Source of the DNA: Myxococcota bacterium
Lineage (GTDB): Bacteria > Myxococcota > Myxococcia > Myxococcales > Myxococcaceae
Assembly: GCA_049322255.1 (NCBI GenBank)
Contig: JBMORE010000148.1
Coordinates: 51,690-71,689, forward strand
Direction of reading: 5' to 3'
DNA: 20,000 bases
Shown here: positions 1-11,765 of the stretch, piece after piece
How the letters are laid out: each line of letters starts with the position of its first letter
Numbering within the stretch: position 1 is the first letter of the stretch
The notes under the pieces: model-generated
What the model was told of the DNA's origin: nothing
Databases searched by the model: none
What the model saw: the letters and a program-made list of their open reading frames with translations, nothing else
Position numbers and translations under genes: made by a program

Positions 1-1079
1 GAGAAATGCTTCTCGCCGCGATGCACCTGGAAGAACCGTGGGATGGGGGTACGCTCAGCGAAGTATCTCACCGCGGGTCCAATCGCACGGTCTCCCGTCT
101 TGCATTCCACGGCAAGCTCTGGCCGGCGATCGCGGAGCACGACGAAGTCGACCTCGCGCTTGTCGGTGTCTCGCAGGAATCGAAGCTCCATCTGATGACC
201 CTGGGTGTCCTCGATGAAATGGCAGTATTTCAACAGCTGGGAGGCAACCAGGTTCTCGAAGCGCGCTCCGGGGTCGGACACGCATGACCAATCCCAGAGG
301 TACAGCTTCTTTTCCTTTTTCACCGCGCGGATTTTCGGCAGCCCATAGGGCGCGACGCGAAAACAGACATAGAGGTTCTCGAGAATCTGAAGCCATCGTT
401 CCACCGTTTTATGGTCGACCTCGAGGTCCTGGCGCAGGTTGGCGATCGACAGCGGAGCGCCGACGCGCGCGGGTAGCAGGTCGACCAACTGCTCGACGAG
501 GGTTATCTCCTGAACGCGCTCCAGATCGCGGAGATCTTCGCGCACGACCCGGGAAAGGCGTTCACGTTGCCAGATTCGATGTTCCGTCTCGTCCTGTGCG
601 AACAAGGGCTCGGGAAACCCGCCGAAGCGAAGCAGCACGTCCAGGTCTACCGGTGTGGACGAGGCTTTCAGCTCAGGCAGCGAGAACGGGTGGAGTCGAA
701 AGTAGCGATAGCGGCCGGCCAGAGACTCTCCGCCTTTGCGGTAATAGTCGAGGCGCGCCGAACCGGTCACCACGATCTTGCGCGTCGACTTTTCGGTGTC
801 CCAGATGCCTTTCACCAGGCTTCGCCAGCGCGCGTATTTGTGAATCTCGTCGAAGACGAGGAGCGCCTCCCCCGGGGGCAGCTCCGCTTGGCGAATGCGC
901 GGGCGTGTGCGCGGGTCATCCCAGCTCAAATATGCGGGGTGCTTTTCGTTGGCGTCCGGCCCAAGCAGCTCGAGGGCCAGCGTCGTCTTCCCCACCTGGC
1001 GAGGACCGCCAACGAAAACCATCTTCTTCGCGCGCAACGTCTTCTCCACCGCTGCGCGCAGGTACCGGGCGATACGCAC
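1..1079 (-). CDS. AAA+ ATPase (AAA_14/DUF4143, COG1373-like) with C-terminal PD-(D/E)xK-like nuclease domain; 3' end outside window
   Basis: Manual translation from GTG at 1079: (M)RIARYLRAAVEKTLRAKKMVFVGGPRQVGKTTL (Walker A)...LLVFDEIHKY (Walker B)...IVVTGSARLD...GESLAGRY...LHPFS...GGFPEP...KKLYLWD...ARFENLVA...DKREVDFVV...AVECKTG. Open for 359 codons to position 1 with no stop, which probably explains its absence from the ORF track. Confidence 0.92.
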   Translation of the reverse strand, partial: MRIARYLRAAVEKTLRAKKMVFVGGPRQVGKTTLALELLGPDANEKHPAYLSWDDPRTRPRIRQAELPPGEALLVFDEIHKYARWRSLVKGIWDTEKSTRKIVVTGSARLDYYRKGGESLAGRYRYFRLHPFSLPELKASSTPVDLDVLLRFGGFPEPLFAQDETEHRIWQRERLSRVVREDLRDLERVQEITLVEQLVDLLPARVGAPLSIANLRQDLEVDHKTVERWLQILENLYVCFRVAPYGLPKIRAVKKEKKLYLWDWSCVSDPGARFENLVASQLLKYCHFIEDTQGHQMELRFLRDTDKREVDFVVLRDRRPELAVECKTGDRAIGPAVRYFAERTPIPRFFQVHRGEKHF

Positions 1080-1086
1080 AAATTGG

Positions 1087-1120
1087 CTTATAGTCCATTT
1101 TACTCATGAGTAAAATGGAC
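1087..1120 (-). promoter_or_regulatory. Putative sigma70-type promoter of the ATPase gene overlapped by a perfect 28-bp palindrome (candidate operator)
   Basis: GTCCATTTTACTCATGAGTAAAATGGAC (1093-1120) is its own reverse complement. The minus strand reads TTTACT-N16-TATAAG-N7-GTG. Confidence 0.7.
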
Positions 1121-1166
1121 AGGCCGTCCAAACTGCACGAGTGAGGGGCATTTCACTGGTGGGTGG

Positions 1167-5506
<4,340 letters not shown>

Positions 5507-5559
5507 TGGAGCGTTTTTCCTAGCGCTTTCGGGTTCTTACAGACCTGTAGCAGCCGGGG

Positions 5560-5610
5560 ACTATAACGACGGTCGATCGGAAGTCCAGCAATCCCACCGG
5601 ATGCTAACGT
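5560..5610. promoter_or_regulatory. Divergent promoter region between parC and the PEGA gene
   Basis: TATAGT on the minus strand (5565-5560) upstream of parC. TGcTAACGT (extended -10-like, 5602-5610) and GAGG (5621-5624) lie upstream of the ATG at 5631. Confidence 0.35.
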
Positions 5611-5630
5611 TGGGGCCCTCGAGGTTTTGC

Positions 5631-6845
5631 ATGACCGCGGTCACGCTCGCCCTGCTCCCTCCGCTTCTGTTGGCCGCTCCTCCTCCTACCTCACGGCGCG
5701 TGGCGGCGCTCTTGGTGCCCATGGACCAAGGAGCCGAGGCCCACCTCGTTCGGCTCGAGGGCTACATGGTGGAGGCCCTGCGCGACTATCGCGGCTTTGC
5801 CGTCAAGCCCACCGACGAGCTGTTCGGCATGCCGGTGAGCAACGACGCCCAGGCGTCGCTGCAGCGCGCCGAAAAGGGGTTTGGCGAGAGCCGGCTGGCC
5901 TTCGAGAAGAGAGACCTCCCCGACGCCGAGCGCAAGCTGCGCGCCACCCTCAAAGAGTTCGGCGGGGCCGCCCACGCGATGACCGACTGCGGCCGCCTGT
6001 GCGACGCGCTGGCGATGTACGCCGCGGTGCTGCACGAGCGCGGAGACCCCGAGGAGGCGCGCTTCACCCTCCTCGACTTGCAGGCGCTCCACCCCCACTA
6101 CGAGCTGGACAAGAAGCGCTTCACCCAAGACTTCGTCGCCTTCCGCCACCAGGTCGCTTCGAGCCAGAGCGCGAACCTGCGCGGCAACGTGCAGGTGAAG
6201 TCACGCCCCGCCGGCGCCCGTGTCTACTTGAACGGCGCCTTTCAGGGCTTCACCCCGGTGAGCCTGCAGACCTTGCCCATGGGCAAGCACCTCTTGCGCA
6301 TCGACCGGCCGGGGTTTCAGCAGGTGGGCGAATTGCTCGAAGTCTCGGCCGACGACCGCGAGCTTTTCGTCGACTTGAAGCCCACCCCCGAATACCGCGC
6401 CTTCGACGCGCTGCTCGACAAGCTCGCCGCCGAGGTGGTCAAGGACAAGGGCGGCACCACCATGGCCTCGCTGGGAAAATCGCTGGGCCTCGACCGCGCG
6501 CTGGTGGGGGTGCTCAAGGAAATCAACGAAAGCGGCGGCATCGAGCTTTTTCTCGGCTACTACGACCTACCCACGGGGCGGAAGCTGGCCATGAGGAAAA
6601 TCGTCTTCCAGGGCGACGAATACGGCCAGCTCAAGAGCGAGGTGGGCCGGCTGGTGAACTACCTGGTCAACAACGCCGAGGGCCAAGCGGACAAGGTGAG
6701 GCGCAGCTCCGACCCCCTCGATCGCCAGACCGGCATGGAGGACTGGAGCGCCGAGGACCGCGGCGGCGCACGCACCGGTAAGGAGAAGAAGAAACGCCGC
6801 TCCGGAGACCCGCTCGAGGGCGTCTCCGGCACCGAGGATTGGTAG
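5631..6845 (+). CDS. Secreted PEGA-domain protein (404 aa) with helical N-terminal region
   Basis: Signal-like MTAVTLALLPPLLLAA, with GAGG RBS 6 nt upstream. PEGA motif GNVQVKSRPAGARVYLNGAFQGFTPVSLQTLPMGKHLLRIDRPGF. Strong GC3 bias. Confidence 0.85.
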   Translation: MTAVTLALLPPLLLAAPPPTSRRVAALLVPMDQGAEAHLVRLEGYMVEALRDYRGFAVKPTDELFGMPVSNDAQASLQRAEKGFGESRLAFEKRDLPDAERKLRATLKEFGGAAHAMTDCGRLCDALAMYAAVLHERGDPEEARFTLLDLQALHPHYELDKKRFTQDFVAFRHQVASSQSANLRGNVQVKSRPAGARVYLNGAFQGFTPVSLQTLPMGKHLLRIDRPGFQQVGELLEVSADDRELFVDLKPTPEYRAFDALLDKLAAEVVKDKGGTTMASLGKSLGLDRALVGVLKEINESGGIELFLGYYDLPTGRKLAMRKIVFQGDEYGQLKSEVGRLVNYLVNNAEGQADKVRRSSDPLDRQTGMEDWSAEDRGGARTGKEKKKRRSGDPLEGVSGTEDW

Positions 6846-6879
6846 CCGTACCCGGAAGAGGGGGTATAAGGGCGGGCCT

Positions 6880-9342
6880 ATGCTTGCTCGGCTCCTCTGG
6901 CTCCTCCTGGTGCCTGCCGCGGCGTTCGCGCAGACCGCCGCCGTTTTCCACGACGACCCCTCCCGCGGAACCACGCTGCCGCCCATCGGCGCCGCGCTCG
7001 CTGACGAGGCGACCGCCATCGCCGTGAACCCCGCGGGCCTCTCCTTCGTGGGCGCGGCCCAGCTCTTCTACGCCCACGAGAGGGCAGTGGCGCGCAACGA
7101 CGTGGTCGACGGGCTGTACCTGGGCAGCACCTTCTTCGACTTGTTGGGCGCCGGCTTCTCGCTCGAGTGGGTTCGCAGCGACAGCTCGCTCGACTACCGC
7201 AAGACCGGCTACGCGCTCTCCTTCGGCACCGGCACCTTGGCCCTCGGCATGTCCTACAACCTCTTCTCTTCGGCAGAGAGCGCCGACCTCGACGAGCTGA
7301 CCAGCTTCGACTTGGGCATCAGCGGCCGGGTGGCGCGCGGGTTTTCCTTCGGCCTGGTGGCACGCAACATCGACGACCCCAGCCGTGGCGCGGTGGCCTT
7401 GCGGCGGCAGTACGACCTGGGCATCGGCGTGCGGCCGTTCGGCGAGCGCTACACCCTCGGGGTCGACTACCTGTTCGACGACGTGGCGGGGCTCGACGCC
7501 GGGCGTTTCTCGTACACCCTGAAGGCAGAGGTGGTGAAAGGCCTGTCCATCGGCGCTGGCGTCTCGCACGGCCTGCGCTCGAGCGACGACTTGTTCCTCC
7601 AGGTGGCGGCGACCATCGACACCTCCCACCTGGGCCTGACCTACGCCGGAGGCGGCGCGCCCGACGGGTTAGACCACGTGGTGCAGGTGCGGCTGTCGCA
7701 GGAGAAGTACCGCTCGATTGAGCTCGACGATGGCCAGGTGGCGTTGCTCGACCTCGCCGGCGCGCTGTCCGAAGCCCAGAGCCCCACCGCCGCGCTCCTC
7801 GGAGCTCGCGAGGAGGACCCCTACCTTCGCCTGACCCGAATGCTCCACGACGCGGAGCGCGACCCCGACCTGCGCGGGCTGGTGGTGAAGGTGGACCACG
7901 TGGACATCGGCTTTGGCAAGGCCGAGGAGCTGCGCGCGGCGCTCGAGCGCCTGCGGCTTGCGGGCAAGAAAGTCATCGCGGTGCTTCTCTCTGCCGATGA
8001 CGCCGAGTACCTGGCAGTCAGCGGGGCAGACCAGCTGTACGCGGTGCCGGGGGCGAACATCGTCGTCGACGGGCTTGCGGCCTCCAGCACCTTCCTCGGC
8101 GGCACGATGGACAAGCTGGGCGTGCAGTGGGACGTGGTCCGCGTGGGCGCTTACAAGAACGCGCCTGATGCGCTGACCCGCACGCAGATGAGCGCGGAGC
8201 AACGCGAGGCCATCAACGCCTACCTCGACACCAACGTCCGGGTGTTCTCCGACAGGGTCTCCGCCGCGCGCAACCTCTCCGCCGAGAAGCTGGAGTCGGC
8301 GATCGACGAGGGCCTCAAAACGCCCAAGCGCGCCAAGGAACTGGGCCTGGTCGACGACGTGGTGGCGGCCGCGGAGCTCGAGGAGCGCCTCAAGACGCTC
8401 GTTCCCGGCGCCGGCTTTACGCCCTCGTATCGCCCGCGCGACGTGCGCGACCTGCGCTGGGGCGAGCGGCGAAAGGTCGCCATCGTTCCCGTCATCGGCA
8501 ACATCACCGGCGGCAAGAGCCGTGACGAGCCCTTGGGGGTGGCGAAGGTCGCCGGCGTCGAAACGGTGATTCGGGCGCTGGCGCGGGCCGCCGACGACCC
8601 TGCGGTATCGGCGATCGTCCTGCGCGTCGACTCCAGCGGCGGCGACACGCTGGCCTCCGACCTCATGTACCGCGCGGTGCTGGAAGCGAAGAAGAAGAAG
8701 CCGTTGGTGGCCTCGATGGGCGACGTGGCGGCGTCGGGGGGCTACTACGTGGCGATGGGCGCCGACGAGGTGTTCGCCTCCCCCACCACCATCACTGGGA
8801 GCATCGGCGTCTTCTTCTTGAAGCCCGCGGTGCAGGAGTTGGGAGAAAAACTGGGAGCAAGCCAAGAAACCCTCACCCGCGGCGAGCTGGCGGGGATGAT
8901 GGGCTTTTGGGCTCCGTGGACCCAGGCCGAGCGCGCCGCCGCCCAGAAATGGGTCGACGCCTTCTACGACGAGTTCATCACCGAGGTGGGTAAATCGCGA
9001 AACCTCCCCAAGGAAAAAGTCGACCAGGTCGCCCGGGGCCGGGTCTGGTCGGGGGCCGACGCCAAACAGCGCGGGCTGGTCGACCAGCTCGGCGGACTTT
9101 GGGACGCCATTTCAGCGGCGAAGAAGCGGGCCGGCATTCCCTTGGGCGAGGAGATCGACTTACCGGTGTTCGGCGAGCCGGGCGGCTTTTTCTTCGGCAC
9201 CGGCGCCCACCTGCTCGCCGCTTCGCCGCCTCCCCTGCCTACGGGACTGGCCTCGTTGGCCAAGGAGCTCGGGCTGAGCGAGGCGCTGCTCCTGACTCCC
9301 AGCGTCCAGGCACGCATGGAGTACCAGCTCGTCGTGCGCTGA
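6880..9342 (+). CDS. sppA: Signal peptide peptidase SppA (tandem S49, 67K-type) with an N-terminal putative outer-membrane beta-barrel (820 aa)
   Basis: S49 motifs RVGAYKNA (catalytic Lys), LRVDSSGG, SMGDVAASGGYY (catalytic Ser), TITGSIGV, ARGRVWSG, GLVDQLGG. Cleavable signal peptide ...PAAAFA|Q. Residues ~18-275 show amphipathic beta-strand periodicity. Confidence 0.92.
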   Translation: MLARLLWLLLVPAAAFAQTAAVFHDDPSRGTTLPPIGAALADEATAIAVNPAGLSFVGAAQLFYAHERAVARNDVVDGLYLGSTFFDLLGAGFSLEWVRSDSSLDYRKTGYALSFGTGTLALGMSYNLFSSAESADLDELTSFDLGISGRVARGFSFGLVARNIDDPSRGAVALRRQYDLGIGVRPFGERYTLGVDYLFDDVAGLDAGRFSYTLKAEVVKGLSIGAGVSHGLRSSDDLFLQVAATIDTSHLGLTYAGGGAPDGLDHVVQVRLSQEKYRSIELDDGQVALLDLAGALSEAQSPTAALLGAREEDPYLRLTRMLHDAERDPDLRGLVVKVDHVDIGFGKAEELRAALERLRLAGKKVIAVLLSADDAEYLAVSGADQLYAVPGANIVVDGLAASSTFLGGTMDKLGVQWDVVRVGAYKNAPDALTRTQMSAEQREAINAYLDTNVRVFSDRVSAARNLSAEKLESAIDEGLKTPKRAKELGLVDDVVAAAELEERLKTLVPGAGFTPSYRPRDVRDLRWGERRKVAIVPVIGNITGGKSRDEPLGVAKVAGVETVIRALARAADDPAVSAIVLRVDSSGGDTLASDLMYRAVLEAKKKKPLVASMGDVAASGGYYVAMGADEVFASPTTITGSIGVFFLKPAVQELGEKLGASQETLTRGELAGMMGFWAPWTQAERAAAQKWVDAFYDEFITEVGKSRNLPKEKVDQVARGRVWSGADAKQRGLVDQLGGLWDAISAAKKRAGIPLGEEIDLPVFGEPGGFFFGTGAHLLAASPPPLPTGLASLAKELGLSEALLLTPSVQARMEYQLVVR

Positions 9343-9370
9343 GCGCTGGAGTCACCGAAGGCCCATGACG

Positions 9371-9700
9371 TCATTGGTCCTTCAGACGGGCAATGTCGAG
9401 CGCATAGCCCAGAGCCCGTTCAACCTCGGGCGTTCGTTCCACAGGCAGTCTGCCGATCCTTGACACCAGCCTCGGCACGGCCACCGCGTGGATGTTGTCC
9501 AGGTTGGCGACTGAGGCTCGTGGCAGCCCCTCTTCGGCGCCAAGGGGCACCTCGACCGGGATATGCCGGACGGTGGTCGTCACCTCGGCGACAGTGACCC
9601 GGGTGAGAATTCGATACGCCTGATCGCGCGACAGGAGCAGCACCGGCCGCCGCCCAATGGGCTCGGGAAGGTTCGCCCACCAGATCTCGTGTCGCTTCAT
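9371..9700 (-). CDS. mazF: MazF/PemK-family endoribonuclease toxin (109 aa)
   Basis: MKRHEIWWANLPEPIGRRPVLLLSRD...VTVAEVTTT...GLPRASVANLDNI...RIGRL is a typical PemK/MazF signature. Its ATG overlaps the antitoxin stop (ATGA). Confidence 0.9.
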   Translation of the reverse strand: MKRHEIWWANLPEPIGRRPVLLLSRDQAYRILTRVTVAEVTTTVRHIPVEVPLGAEEGLPRASVANLDNIHAVAVPRLVSRIGRLPVERTPEVERALGYALDIARLKDQ

Positions 9701-9951
9701 CGAGCCCGCCTCTTCTTCCGCGGCTTCTTCGCATAGCGGACGGGCTCCCAGGTCTGTGGATCCAGGTCCACCTCGGCCGCATCTTGCGGAACCTCGCGGT
9801 ACGCACGTTCCATGAGCTCCTCAGCCCGTGCATCGAGCGCCCGCCGGATCGCCTCGCGGATAAAATCCGACCGCTTCCTCGCCGAAGGTGGAGCGACCTC
9901 ATTGAGCCTGCTGAGGATCCGATCATCCAACTCAACTATTACCTGTGGCAT
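9697..9951 (-). CDS. Ribbon-helix-helix (CopG-like) antitoxin (84 aa)
   Basis: MPQVIVELDDRILSRLNEVA...KRSDFIREAIRRAL matches the RHH pattern; ...MERAYREVPQ...W tail; translationally coupled to the toxin. Start set at ATG 9951. Confidence 0.85.
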   Translation of the reverse strand: MPQVIVELDDRILSRLNEVAPPSARKRSDFIREAIRRALDARAEELMERAYREVPQDAAEVDLDPQTWEPVRYAKKPRKKRRAR

Positions 9952-9968
9952 ATACTTATGCTTATAGA
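9952..9968 (-). promoter_or_regulatory. AT-rich TA promoter/operator
   Basis: The minus strand reads CTATAAGCATAAGTAT-ATG: a TATAAG -10-like hexamer plus a tandem ATAAG direct repeat, with no Shine-Dalgarno. Confidence 0.45.
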
Positions 9969-10051
9969 ACCCCGAGCAGGAAGACAACCCGCGGGTCGGG
10001 CGCGAGATTGGTTCCAATCAAACAAACACCGTCGCGCACGGGCCTTGGGCC

Positions 10052-10060
10052 TGTTATGGT
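10052..10060 (+). promoter_or_regulatory. Putative extended -10 element for rho
   Basis: TGtTATGGT about 165 nt upstream of the rho ATG. Confidence 0.35.
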
Positions 10061-10223
10061 GCCTTCGTCCTTCCGGCTGGCACGGTGCCGCCGGCGGGCG
10101 CCCAGGAAGCCGGCGGCTTTGGTCGGCCAGCTCGCCAGGCGGTGAGTCGGCACTACCCCGCGCAGGCTTCCTGTCCCACAACCGAACGAGCGCACCCCGG
10201 GTTGGCCGGGGGCGAAGGGCTCC

Positions 10224-11702
10224 ATGAGCGAGAACCACGACTCCACTGACCCCACCCAGGCCGCTGCCCCCGAACCCGAGCTGGACGAAGGCCCCGACGA
10301 CGGTGGCCCGGAGGAGGGCGGCGGTGACGAGGTCGGCCCCGAGGTGTCCGCCTCCGTCACGGGAGGCGCACCGATGCCCGGCCAGGGCCGTCGTCGTCGT
10401 CGTCGCCGCCGCCGCCGCGGCGCTCAGGTGCACTTCACCCCTGAGGGCCAGGCCTACCGCATGGTGCCCGGTCCCGACGGCGCGCCGCAGCAGGTCTTCC
10501 TCACCCCCAACGAGCTGGCCCAGTACCAAGCGCGCCAGGCGCAGCTTTCGCAACAGGGCCAACAGATGCGCCCCGGCGGCCCCCAGCCGATTCCTTCTGG
10601 CCAGCTCGCCGCCGTGGAGGGCGTGCTGGACACCGACGTGAAGGGCCCCAACGCTTTTTTGCGCCAAATCAAGCGCAACCTCTTGCCCCAACCGGACGAC
10701 GCCGAGCTGCCCAAGAACCTGGTGCAGAAGCTCCGTCTGCGTCCGGGCCAGTACCTCCACGCCCAGGCGCTGATGCGCGGCAGCAAGGGGCTGGTGCAGA
10801 AAGTCGAGAGCGTCGACGGGGTGCCACCGGAGAGCGCGCCGCGGCTGCCGCACTTCGCCGACCTGACTTCCATCGACCCCATCGAACGCATCAAGCTCGA
10901 GCACGGCCACCGCGAGATGGTGACCCGCGTGCTCGACGTCATCGCGCCTTTGGGCAAGGGGCAGCGCGCGCTCATCGTCGCTCCCCCCAAGACGGGCAAG
11001 ACCATCATGCTCCAGCGCATCGCCCAGGCGGTGCTCACCAACCACCCCGAGATTCACGTGATGGTGCTCTTGGTCGACGAGCGGCCCGAAGAAGTCACCG
11101 ACATGCGGCGCACCATCCCCAAGGCCGAGGTGTTGGCCTCCAGCTCCGACCGCGGCCCGGCCGACCACCTCAAGGTCGCCGAGCTGGCGCTGGAGCGCGC
11201 CCGCCGCATGGTGGAAGCGGGGAAGGACGTGATGGTGCTCCTCGACTCCATCACCCGCCTGGCCCGCGCCTACAACAAAGAGGTCGACTCCTCCGGCCGC
11301 ACGATGACCGGCGGCGTCGACAGCCGCGCGCTCGAACGGCCCAAGCGCATCTTCGGCGCCGCCCGTTCCACCGAGGAGGCGGGCACCCTCACCATCGTGG
11401 GCACCGCGCTCATCGACACCGGCAGCCGCATGGATGAGGTCATCTTCGAGGAGTTCAAAGGCACCGGGAACAGCGAAGTCACCCTCGACCGGTTGCTCGC
11501 CGAAAAAAGAGTGTGGCCGGCGATCAACATTCCCCAGTCGGGCACGCGCAAAGAGGAGAAGCTCTTCACCCTGAAGGAGTACGAGAAGGTGAAGAAGCTT
11601 CGACAGATGCTCTTCGCGGTGAAGCCGGTGGAGGCGATGGAGGCCCTGGTCAAGCGGCTCTCCCGCTACACGTACAACGACGAGTTCCTCGACGAGCTGT
11701 AG
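10224..11702 (+). CDS. rho: Transcription termination factor Rho with atypical N-terminus (492 aa)
   Basis: APLGKGQRALIVAPPKTGKT, LLVDERPEEVTDM, LLDSITRLARAYN, SGRTMTGGVD, TALIDTGSRMDEVIFEEFKGTGNSE, SGTRKEE. Confidence 0.96.
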   Translation: MSENHDSTDPTQAAAPEPELDEGPDDGGPEEGGGDEVGPEVSASVTGGAPMPGQGRRRRRRRRRRGAQVHFTPEGQAYRMVPGPDGAPQQVFLTPNELAQYQARQAQLSQQGQQMRPGGPQPIPSGQLAAVEGVLDTDVKGPNAFLRQIKRNLLPQPDDAELPKNLVQKLRLRPGQYLHAQALMRGSKGLVQKVESVDGVPPESAPRLPHFADLTSIDPIERIKLEHGHREMVTRVLDVIAPLGKGQRALIVAPPKTGKTIMLQRIAQAVLTNHPEIHVMVLLVDERPEEVTDMRRTIPKAEVLASSSDRGPADHLKVAELALERARRMVEAGKDVMVLLDSITRLARAYNKEVDSSGRTMTGGVDSRALERPKRIFGAARSTEEAGTLTIVGTALIDTGSRMDEVIFEEFKGTGNSEVTLDRLLAEKRVWPAINIPQSGTRKEEKLFTLKEYEKVKKLRQMLFAVKPVEAMEALVKRLSRYTYNDEFLDEL

Positions 11703-11765
11703 TCGTTGCTCCCTCAGAGCCACTCGTCGGGAGGAGTGGCGAAGAACGTCTCCAACGGGATGGCG

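Noticed and set aside
6..1131. Listed ORFs 6..287, 55..396, 284..1093, 567..1109, 895..1113 and 916..1131
   Set aside because: Antisense or off-frame shadows of the minus-strand AAA+ ATPase gene, which carries the recognisable motifs.
10389..10418. Trinucleotide tract as a phase-variation locus
   Set aside because: In-frame triplets using two different Arg codons, so slippage would not shift the frame; better explained as a selected poly-Arg run.
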